A stretch of 20,000 nucleotides of DNA from the NCBI GenBank assembly GCA_905331295.1, contig CAJNYD010000584.1:47761-67760 (forward strand), given 5' to 3'. Below, piece after piece: positions 1 to 10,144 of the stretch. The notes beneath the pieces were generated by a model. The model was not told the origin of the DNA. It saw only the letters and a list, made by a program, of their open reading frames with translations, and searched no databases. The DNA is from Rotaria socialis. Lineage: Eukaryota. Within the stretch, counting starts at the first letter, position 1; every line of letters starts with the position of its first letter. The translations under genes were made by a program, and so were the position numbers.

Positions 1-245
1 GCTTAGATTACTGCTTCGTTTAAATGGAATTCGTTATGCCTAATCTATCTTAAGAAATCTAGAATAACAGATATAAGACTAGAAATAAGTAGATGTTCAA
101 TGCATTTGATTGTATGTGGTTGTGAAGGCAAATCATTATTATTTTTTTTTGAAGCATTTCATCGTAACATATAATAAAAAATAACATCGCTACTGTCTCT
201 CATCAGCATGCATCACGATACTACCCTATATCACCACACAAATAT

Positions 246-956
246 CTGAAATTAAAAAACTTGTTATTAGCTGGGAAAAAAATTCGTAAATGAACTTACT
301 TTAACGGATGCATTGATAGAGACCTTCACGCATCTTTTCTATCTAGAATGATGAAGGTATACCAGTGTAAGTAAATAAGAAGGGAAAATTTATTTGTTGC
401 CTGAAATATTTTTTCCTAAAAAATGATTTTTGTCGGTAATTTGAATTTTTCCTATTCCTTCGTGTATGCTGATGATCTGCATGAGCCAAGCATCGTACTC
501 CTGTAATAAAATAAGAAGAAAAGATATAAGCGGCCGAGAGAATTAGTTTACCCCTTGATCAATATTACAAGGCTCCATAATCGAAAAGTTAATGGGATGA
601 GAATCAACCGCGACATCAGTAAAGCATTCGATGAGTGCCCGATATTTAGCTTCTATTCGATTCTAGAAGTAAAATGAAATTCATTTAAATTCTAACAAAA
701 TAACAAGGAACCTCGTGTTGTATTGCCATCGAATGGAAATATCCGATGCAACCGATTTTACCAAATAATGGACATTGCAATGCAATGATTTATCAACGCA
801 TCATAATGCATTGAAAACTTTATATTCGGCACTGGCTACAGAGGATCTATAGAACCCTACTAAATCGATGTCTTAATCACCATAATCGTATCTCTGTGGT
901 TCTGTACATCTATTCCCTTAATCTAACCCTTTAACTTTGATCATATCGATAAGAAT
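246..956 (-). pseudogene. Spliced gene of unknown function or decayed gene relic; possible 79-aa spliced ORF (729-712, 662-552, 500-390)
   Basis: Three GT-AG intron-like gaps of the local size occur at 711-663, 551-501 and 299-246. The in-phase translation is MAIQHE|NRIEAKYRALIECFTDVAVDSHPINFSIMEPCNIDQG|EYDAWLMQIISIHEGIGKIQITDKNHFLGKNISGNK*. The upstream exon-like block 956-712 has stops in the frames checked. No family recognised. Confidence 0.3.
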
Positions 957-2020
957 CTAAAACAAAAGACATTGAATAAATAATCTTTTTATTACTGAAT
1001 TCAAAACTTATCACTTAGCTACATCCGAAACTGAGCAATGACGAAGGGTGAAAACTTCTTTTGAGAGGTTTGTGGACTCTGATCTCTTTCATTCTCCAGA
1101 ATATTCTACATAAAAGCATTCAAAACTCTAGTAGCGTTTCGTTGTATCAAATAGAAACTCGAGATCGGATTTCAGTTCGTCAGTACACATTTTAGCGATT
1201 GAGTAAACTCGGAAACTCTTCGTCTTGCTGGGGAATTATTTTTGAAACTAAAAGGGTATTCTGATATACATAATCAAATTTTGAGTCAAGTTTTCAATAG
1301 TGTAGATTTCCATTATCGGGAAAAGGGATTCGAAAAATACTCTTACTTATTGAAAAGTGCTTGATACACAGAAAGCTGTGGCGAATCAAAAATCTATTTG
1401 TCAAATCATTTTTTCAATATTTCTTGTACGAAAATAGTGAATTTTTAAATTTAAAAAAATTGTCCTAAAGAATACATTGAAATGCATTGAAAAGTCAAAA
1501 AAAGGGTCATTTTTCCATTATTCATTCATTATCGGCTACATGTGACGCGTAATCTTTTTTATTATAAGAATATGAAATGATCTTCCTTTGACCGTTCAGA
1601 AACAGGACATAAATACGGTCAAGCAGGCAAATGTATTTTATTGAGATTGATCTTAAATGAATGTGGAACAAAACGTTTCCTTAATAATCACTATGCTCTT
1701 TCAAAGTATTTCTTTGATATATGTAATAAATATATATTGAAAATTGAGGACTAGTCTTTGGTATCTTAGAGAAAAAAATCATCCATTTTGCTTAGTAACC
1801 AACATTCAGAGACTAGTGACATCTATTCTAGAATAGATGTAAAGTTTCGAGTATCAAAGATGAAAAAATAAATATTTTACTTAAATTAAGGAAACAAAAA
1901 TCTTTTAAAATAACACCTTTTTCAATTAAGGAACATATGGATTTATAAAAAAACCAATAGAAAATATGGACTTCCATTAAGAAACAAACAAAACTGATTC
2001 AAAACGAAAAAGAATAGATA

Positions 2021-2121
2021 TCTTCTCTTGTCAGTGCTGTTGCATAAATATGTATTTGATTTGAACACGTTGTTTTTTTAAGGCAAATCATTTGTGTTAA
2101 TATTGTTTTAATTTTCTTCAG
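2021..2121 (+). promoter_or_regulatory. Candidate TCT/5'TOP start motif and 5'UTR splice acceptor of RPL22
   Basis: A pyrimidine tract TCTTCTCTT (2021-2029) is followed by donor-like GTCAGT (2030). A strong acceptor, TTTTCTTCAG, ends at 2121, 34 nt before the ATG. TCT/TOP starts are typical of animal ribosomal protein genes. Confidence 0.35.
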
Positions 2122-2155
2122 ATCCGTTTTAATCTCTATTTCAATCGATTCCAAA

Positions 2156-2951
2156 ATGTCTGACAAAAAAGCGTCAGCTCAAACATCGGCTACGAAAAAA
2201 GCCTCCGCAGCTAAAACAAAGACAGCTGCAGCAACACCTGTTGCACCAAAAGTAGAGGTAAATTTTCAATTATTTACTATTTTTTGATTTTATTCGATTT
2301 AAAAAAAATATAAATAGAAGGCTGAACCCGCCAAGAAAGCAGCTCCAGCTAGTGCTCCACCACCAGCAGTAACAACACCGGCACCAGCTAAACAGAAAGC
2401 ACCAACATCAAGTGCTAAATCTACTTTAGCTAAAACATCAACAAAAGTTGCAAAAAAACCAACAACAACATCAAAAGGTGGAAAATCTGGTTCTAAAAAG
2501 AAATCGAAATCAATTAAATACTATATCGATTGTACACATCCAGTTGAAGATGGTATTTTCGATCTTAATGCATTCGTATGTATTTTCTCATTTTTCAAAA
2601 TTCATCTAACAATGATATTCTTTCGTTTAGGAACGATTTTTAGCTGAAAAAATGAAAATCAATGGTAAAACATCAAATTTAAGTAATGTTAATATTGAAA
2701 AATCGAAATCTAAAGTTTCAATTGCATCTGAAGTACCACTCTCAAAACGGTAAACTGCTTGATTTTTATATTATACATGTTTGACATATTCTTCATTTTG
2801 TTTTAGATATATGAAATATTTAACAAAGAAATTTTTGAAGAAACATGAACTTCGAGATTGGTTACGTGTTATCGCCAATGCCAAAGACTCCTACGAATTA
2901 CGATACTTCAATATCAATCAAGAGGAAGCTGAAGGCGAAGCTGATGCTTAA
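2156..2951 (+). CDS. RPL22: 60S ribosomal protein L22 (eL22), ~206 aa, with an Ala/Lys/Pro/Thr-rich N-terminal extension; exons 2156-2257, 2321-2575 (or 2318-2575), 2631-2749, 2807-2951
   Basis: Manual splicing at GT-AG introns of 55-63 nt gives one 621-nt open frame. It reads [10 protein letters not shown]...[44 protein letters not shown]...[55 protein letters not shown]. The [10 protein letters not shown], KYLTKKxLKK, LRDWLRV and YELRYF motifs are diagnostic of eL22. Absent from the ORF track because it is spliced. Confidence 0.97.
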
Positions 2952-3073
2952 ACTTATCAAATCGTTTTCTTTTTGCTTTTTTTGTTTATTTGAGCGCGTT
3001 CTTATTGTACTCGATTGAAACATGAGCAGCAAGAAAAACGAAAAAGAAAATAATAAGAAGAACTATATCGTAT

Positions 3074-4192
3074 TTAAAATATATTTGTTAAAAATATAAT
3101 GAACAAAACAGAATGTTCAATTTCAAAACGGTGAAATGACGAAGATATTTTGTTTTGAATGCAACCAATGGGCAAAGCTACGGGTCCTAATGGAGTAGTT
3201 CTATTTTTCGATACAAACTGACATACAGGTGGTTGCAGACCGCCACATGAATTCGGAGAATTTTGCGAACATTTACAACCCATAGCCATTGCTGAATAAG
3301 GAATACGATTAGCAAGAGACGCACGCGACTGTTCCACATTTGAATAATTACGGAAACCGTCTTCTAAAAGCCGCATAACATACGTTGTATTACAAGAATT
3401 AAAAACGAGTGATCTCATATAGGATAACCAACGAATATTGGTTTCGACGATATCAGTAAATGACATTATTGATGGGCCATCTCCATGTCCTGGATAAATA
3501 CGTGTAGCAGCCGGAAAATTACAACTAAGACTTTGCAATATACCTATCCAGTTACATGCATGATTATCAGAATCTGGATAAGTATCCGATGGTGATAGAA
3601 ATAGATGACTACGTATAACAACAAGATCACCAGTAAATAAAGCTCGAGCTGAAGGAAGATAGAGCATGGATGCATGAATCGATTCAGCAATAGGAAAATT
3701 TGAAATGATATGTAACGGTTGACCATTAAATATCGTTAAGGGACGATCAAGCACTTTGATATGATCATTATAGGAAAATTGATCGGGCGATTGACGCTTA
3801 TCAAGTAGCATTGATGTTTCAAATGGATTTACTCGACGCCAAACTTCTAGCCAATAGTTAATTTCAGTTAACGCACTAGAATCACTAACATAAACTGGTA
3901 ATTGAGTAGTATTTAACTCATTCAATAGACTAACATAACCAAGAATATTATCTGGATGTGTATGTGTAAGAAAAATAAATGATGGTAGCACGCCATTGGG
4001 AAAGCTTTGGTTCCATTTTTGAGCAAGTAGTATGCCATGTTCCCAGTAACAACCGCAATCAATAATGAAACCTTCATTTCCATTATGAACAATCCAACTA
4101 TTTGATGAATCAGTGGACACACGTACTTGTACGATGTCAACCATGTGTACACATGGAATTAAAAGAATGAAACAAAAATGACCTATCATCAT
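3074..4192 (-). CDS. Intronless metallo-beta-lactamase-fold metallo-hydrolase, 372 aa, predicted secreted or surface-anchored
   Basis: MBL motifs occur in the expected order: NSWIV...FIIDCG, FLTHTHPDN (HxHxD with the usual next His replaced by Asn), LFTGDLV, NWIGIL, IYPGHG. The N-terminus is hydrophobic (MMIGHFCFILLIPCVHM) and the protein ends in a Cys-rich segment and a hydrophobic tail (SVLFIIFLTNIF). There is an AATAAA on the minus strand at 2990-2985. Confidence 0.9.
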   Translation of the reverse strand: MMIGHFCFILLIPCVHMVDIVQVRVSTDSSNSWIVHNGNEGFIIDCGCYWEHGILLAQKWNQSFPNGVLPSFIFLTHTHPDNILGYVSLLNELNTTQLPVYVSDSSALTEINYWLEVWRRVNPFETSMLLDKRQSPDQFSYNDHIKVLDRPLTIFNGQPLHIISNFPIAESIHASMLYLPSARALFTGDLVVIRSHLFLSPSDTYPDSDNHACNWIGILQSLSCNFPAATRIYPGHGDGPSIMSFTDIVETNIRWLSYMRSLVFNSCNTTYVMRLLEDGFRNYSNVEQSRASLANRIPYSAMAMGCKCSQNSPNSCGGLQPPVCQFVSKNRTTPLGPVALPIGCIQNKISSSFHRFEIEHSVLFIIFLTNIF

Positions 4193-5609
4193 TTAATAGA
4201 TACGAAATGATGATGACAAAACGAAAATCTAATGATTATCGAAATCGATTTTATTTATTTGCTATGAAAACATGTGTAGGTCGATATTTTATCTCAATAT
4301 GTACCAACGCTGGTAATTTATTGTCTTTTAAGAAGAACAGAAGAAACAAGTAGTAACAAAAAGAAGAACAGGATTTATGAGTAGATTTTTGTTCAAATAA
4401 AAGTCATTCGACACACTCATTTTGTTATATCTGCTTTTTTTGCAGGGTGTTTATATGCCTACGATGAAGTGAATCATATACAACTCACTTAATGCCTTGA
4501 CTAAAAATTGGGGCAGTACTTTCTCTGAGATTGAAAGTGGTTAATTGAATAGTTAGCTTGTTGTAGAAGATAATTGCTATCATGCATTTATGAATCAAAT
4601 GAAATTTCAGACAAAATATCTATTAATAATTGTCAGTATCTATTTCGTCGAGAGGTTGTTGTCTTGAACATTTTTTCTTTCGTCGAACTCTGAAATTTTA
4701 TAGTCTCGAATGATAATTTATGTATTCTCATCTGTCATATAAATAATATTTCTATACTGTATAACTTCGTATTAAATTAGAAAGATTTGTCTTTTTCGAT
4801 TAGTACAAAACTGTCTCATTTAGTCCTATTTCGTTGGTTAGCATGTGTGCTGTTACTAATCGCAAAATCAAATATATTCACTATTACCAATTTTCTCTTA
4901 AATACAATAGGAAAACAAAAATATGCGCATATATATATGTATTTACATATATTCGATTGGTTTTCTGTCACACTAATAAGTGATGATTTTAGAGCCTATA
5001 GTCGTTAGCTTATGTAAGATAAGACTGCAAAAATCACAAGCTTCTATTTATTTACTGACAGAAAAAGTTTTCTTCCCCTCTATTTGCTTGATGTTATTCA
5101 ACAAACTTCATCGTTCAAGAGAAAATAATTCAATATTAACAGACAAAGACGATAGATAATAATCAAATCATACGGTTTTATTTTGTTCTTATTTATCAAA
5201 AATCTCACATATATAAATAAAATGTTCATTATTAAAATGTATTAACGATTTGATCGATTATTAGTTAATACGATTAATCTCTAAAATAGTCTTTATGATA
5301 ATAAATACGATTTTTGTTATGTATTACATCCGCTTAGCCTATTACAGTTCACATGAAATCATTCAAATGAATAGATAACTTCAGAAAAAAATCTATCGTC
5401 ACAAAATATTTTTGATTATACTGTTTCTTGTCTTGATTTATTATTGTTGGATAACTCAAAAACTAAAACCATTGAAATAATACGCACGCACATATATCTT
5501 GATCAATTAACATAACAAGTATAGTTACAAATTCACAAACGGATGTAGATAGGTCTAGATGACTAGATAAAAAATAAATTTCTTGTTTTGTTTTCATTCA
5601 AAAATAAAA

Positions 5610-8081
5610 CTAAACATTAACATGATGGGTTCTATTGATGGCTAATACTTCTGAATGTTGTTCAATGGATTTTTTTTTCTCTTCAACATCTGGCTTTTTA
5701 ATATATGCATACCACGATATGGCACAAAATAGAGCCGATAAACTTCGAAATCCACAGCCAAGTAGCGCTAATGATATTGCCATACGTTTGTTATTATAAT
5801 GTTTACATTGATCTTTAAGTCCACAGGTTTCGCGTATCCATGTTTTACATGTTCGATCAATAATTATGCCAAATAGAAGTGTTCCTGGTAAATAGCCAAA
5901 TGTTTTTGTCATTGTAGATTTAAAGCCAAGTGAAAACGCTCGATGTGTTAATTCAACACTATGTAATACACATTTTAATGCCGGTACGATAACACAACAA
6001 GACATGAATACAACAATAAACGCGCCACATAATGTAATTCGAAAATTCATTGCACATTTACGTTCTGTACATCGACCTGAAAGTTCGTTTTTTTTTGTTA
6101 ATGTTAATTTTAAGGTAGATTTCAACTCAAAACTTACCAACATTTACCGTACTATTGTTTGGTAAACATAAACAATCCGCATATATTCCTTTTCGAATTG
6201 TTTTGCATCCTAATAAACATGGATTTTGATAAGTCTCTCTATTTGCCACATCGCATACTGGTTGATATATATTCATATCGCATTCTTGAAAAGAAAATTA
6301 AAGACAATTATGTTTTCTAAACGCTTATTCTTACTGCAATCCCTTTTGCATGGACTTTCTACGCGGTCGGATTCTGCTGTAAGTTCATCAAATGAATCAT
6401 CATCAAATGCAGTTGAAATGACAGGCATGGAATGGGACGTACCTTAATTAAGAAGCAATTATTTCCTTATTGTAATCAATGGAAGATGAAATAAATAATT
6501 GTTTTTTTTACCAATTGTCGGTTCTCGACAATGAAGTAATAATCCAAGAAAGATCACAGATGACATAGCGAGAATAATACAACAAAATTTTGCACATTGG
6601 CGTCCATTCATATCATACCTTTTGACACAATAAGCTCCTAATGGGGTACCAAAAATAACCTAGAATAAAGGACAGCAGTATTGAGAGCTATATTGATGTA
6701 TATATATGCATATATATACGTACAGAAAATAATGAAATAACTCCAATATAAACACTGGAATGTGATGATGTTGTTCGAAATTGATATTCAATATGTTTAC
6801 TTAAGAAGGCAAGATATCCTTTGATTAATAATGCTTCAACAATGGCGCAACAAGTAATACCCATGTAACGTAAATTAAGAAGTAAATGTTTCATTAATGA
6901 ATAAATATCAGAGAGAAAATCTTTACAATCATTTAATGTTGTAGTTGTTGTTGCTGTTGCTGTTAGACATTTCTCTTCGACTATATCTAGAGATGTTGTT
7001 TGTTGTTTACCATTTAATTCGTTGGACATAACATTAAGACTTGAACTTAAATTTGTTTCTGATGAACTTGTACGTGACGATATCCGATGGTTATTTTCAG
7101 TGGGACCATTTCGATTCATTGGCGATGCTGATAATAATAGATAGGTTTGATTTAATGTTGATTGTATTTCTTTTTGTGCTGATGATGATACATATTTGCG
7201 ACGGCGACCAATATCGAATAGGCAAAGAGTAACACACAATATAAGGCTTATACAAGTACCCAATGCATAAACTAACCACCAGGCTCCAACCCATTCAGAA
7301 TAGACCGGTGTTAACCAAAGCGGTTTTTTAATATAAGTATAGACTTTCAAAAATTGTGATGTAGCAAGAAATCCAAGCCCAATACCAATTCCACCAACTG
7401 CATAATATATACCTAAAAACAATTTGCATACTCGTTACTTTCAAATGTGTTATTCTAATTTTGTTTTTGGGAAACTAACGAACCTTGAGCAATAGGCGCT
7501 TTTTCTTCTGGAAACAAATCTTCAATAAATGTAACAGCTAATGTTGGTAAAGCAGCCGATCCGCATGCATTAATTATATTGGATAAATAGAAGACATATT
7601 TTAAATGACTTAAAAATCTCAAATTACTCGATATTGAACAAACATTTATTTTCCGTTCTGGATTACATAGCGTTAGATGATCGGCAACATGTGGTTCTAA
7701 CGGAGGCTTGCCACGTTTCGATTCAAGTAGATGTGGAAAGGACATAACAAGAAATCCACAAGACAATATACCCATTGATATAGCTATCCATCGTGTTTTT
7801 CTTCTACTTCGATCGCCAAAATAGCCGACAAGTGGATAAGTAAATATTGCCACAAGTTCATAGACAGATTGAAATAGACCTGTTTCTGTCGATGTCATAT
7901 AAAAGCCTGATTCAAGTGTTGTCATTATGGCATTATTAGAACCGCCAACAATTGCATTTTGAATCATATTACATGCACAAATAACAATAAAAATAATTTT
8001 ATTTGATAATGAAACTTCATCGGGTTTTTTCGTTGATGAATCGACAATGACCCCATCGTCATCGTCGTCGTTTGGATTCAT
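5610..8081 (-). CDS. Organic anion transporting polypeptide (OATP/SLCO, SLC21 family), 718 aa; exons 8081-7484, 7412-6724, 6659-6512, 6442-6335, 6284-6138, 6076-5610
   Basis: Three ORF-track pieces and three small exons join in phase through 50-71 nt GT-AG introns (2157 nt total). OATP hallmarks include TTLESGFYMTSTETG, VGYFG...RWI, EWVGAWWL, a Kazal-like loop CKRDCKCDMNIYQPVC...TYQNPCLLGC, and GYLPGTLLFGIIIDRTCKTW...CG...C..Y. An in-frame TGA at 8111-8109 makes ATG 8081 the likely start. Confidence 0.93.
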
Positions 8082-8927
8082 TTTCGTAAATAAATCTTCA
8101 AATGCCAATCATATCTAGACGTCTGAGAGAGGAAAACGAAGAAGAGAAAGAAAATTATGTCTATAAATATATCATTTATAATAAGTCATCTTTTTTGTGT
8201 CTACATTATGAGAACAAATAGAAGTATATGTGAAAGTAAATTGAACGATTGATAACATTATCGAATGTAGAGAAAGGCTGTTGTTTTCATATGCGATCTT
8301 TTCTATACTCGCCCGTGAGAATATGAACCTGAAAGAAAAGGTTGCGATGACCATCTACTTATGAATGAGGATGAAAAATAAAATTCTAATACGATTCTAG
8401 TTTTGCTTGCTTTCGATATGACGAATATATTATGACTCACGCGATCGAATGGAGTTGAAGCCGTATTGTCAGCTGCTTAGTTTTCTCGCATATGTTATGG
8501 TAGATGTTTTTGATGTGTATGAATGGCGTGATTCTATTCTTTACTAATTTGTGTGAGTTTCACCAGTGTGTAATCGAACAATTGATGATGGCGATGGAAG
8601 GTCTTCATTGTATATCGTTGTAAATGTCAAAAATGTTTGTGCTATCGTTCCTAGATGGTTCGTTTTTTTCTTTCTATTTTCTAGATTTTTTTTTGCTGGT
8701 TGTTCACATGCCAAAAGTGTCACCACATCGTCGTTTGTAGAACTCTCTAACTCATAGAAAGAGAGAAAGATTTTTAAAGATGCAAGCATTGCCACAATCA
8801 ACCATTTTCCTTGCCATTCTTTATTACTCATTTCTCTTCCTTTTTTTCCTGCTACGCGTTCGTCCTTTCCTATTTTTCTTTTTCTTCTTCTCGTTGATGA
8901 ATCCACACGAGACAAATAATAGTCGAG

Positions 8928-8939
8928 CTACCACCACCG

Positions 8940-8971
<32 letters not shown>

Positions 8972-8981
8972 GCTACTACTA
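8928..8981 (+). repeat. (CTA)n trinucleotide microsatellite with CCA/CTG variants
   Basis: ctaccaccaccgctactactactactactactactactactactgctactacta is seen directly. Confidence 0.9.
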
Positions 8982-10144
8982 ACACTCAACGATGATGCTT
9001 GCATCTTGTCCTCTCGTTATTTCGTCGTTAGAGGCCAATGTAAATCTTTTTTTCCTATCGAGACACCATCGAACGTTTTCTACGAGAGTAGAAATATAAA
9101 AAACGTTGAAAAGAATAGTCGGGAAAACTTGTTAAGACGGCAAATATCTATAAATAGATACTTAGATAGATAGACTTCCCTTTTGTAAAAATTTTAATAG
9201 AAAAAAAAACCTTGAATAAGTTTTTCTATCTCTGATTAAAATAAATGAGTGATTGCTTTTTTTTCCATTCATCGTTCACACAAGGGAAGTTTACTTCTCG
9301 TATATGAATGATGAATATGAAGAAAAGGTATTCCGTTTATTTTGATCAGGATCATGCGTGCATACACACACACATATATATATATATACTTTTCATCATT
9401 CTTTACTCTAGAGAAAAGGGGGAAATTATTGATTACGAGCCATTTAAATACATTTTTTTTTCTATCGAGATACCGATCAAAATAAAGAATGAAAAGAAGA
9501 AGAAGAAGAAAAAAACTAAATGAAAAAAATTCCCATACGAAAAAATAAAAAATGTTAATAACCAAATAATTCTTCGCATTGTGTTGGTTTTCTGTTCGTT
9601 ACTTCTTTACTTAGTGAAGTCAATAGAAAAAAAATACATTGTCTAGCCATAATACATTATTCCTACCTTTTTTTTATCCGACAAGAAAAAATAATGACAT
9701 CTACACCTGTATATCTCTTTGGGAATGTCAATAGCTGCAAGGGAATCGAACCAGAAAAGCTAATCTTTTTTTCTTTTCTCTTTCTTCTTCTTCTTCTGTT
9801 TTCCTACTCTCATATCTTTATATGCACTCTCATCGTCATGTCCATTTAAATATGATATGAAGCTCGTCTTGCTAGAAAATAGCATTGCATGCAAAACGAA
9901 GCAAGTAGCTCACATTCTTCATCATAAAAATCCAAGATGGCAAGAACATATACAATTGTGCACGCACGCAAAGATGGATTAGTGATAGTGCTCCATATTT
10001 TATTTTATTTTCTACTCTCCCTCTGCCCTTGCCTCTATCATCGATCACAAACACATAAGAGATCAATGTGTTACTATCCAATAGATTAGACCATTTTTTA
10101 TTATAATATGTAAGCAAAAAACAAAACAAAAAAAAAGTAATTTG

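Noticed and set aside
2258..2806. Intronic snoRNAs in RPL22
   Set aside because: The introns are only 55-63 nt, too short, and no C/D or H/ACA boxes are evident.
3544..4152. Short minus-strand ORFs 3544-3726 and 3922-4152
   Set aside because: Alternative-frame shadows inside the MBL CDS.
6226..7294. ORFs 6226-6447(+), 7041-7232(+) and 7097-7294(-)
   Set aside because: Antisense or off-frame shadows of the OATP gene.
8544..9565. ORF-track ORFs at 8544-8915, 8566-8757, 8780-8995, 9269-9565 and 9308-9523
   Set aside because: They are low-complexity translations of A/T runs and microsatellites, overlap on both strands, and show no domain motifs or consistent splice structure.
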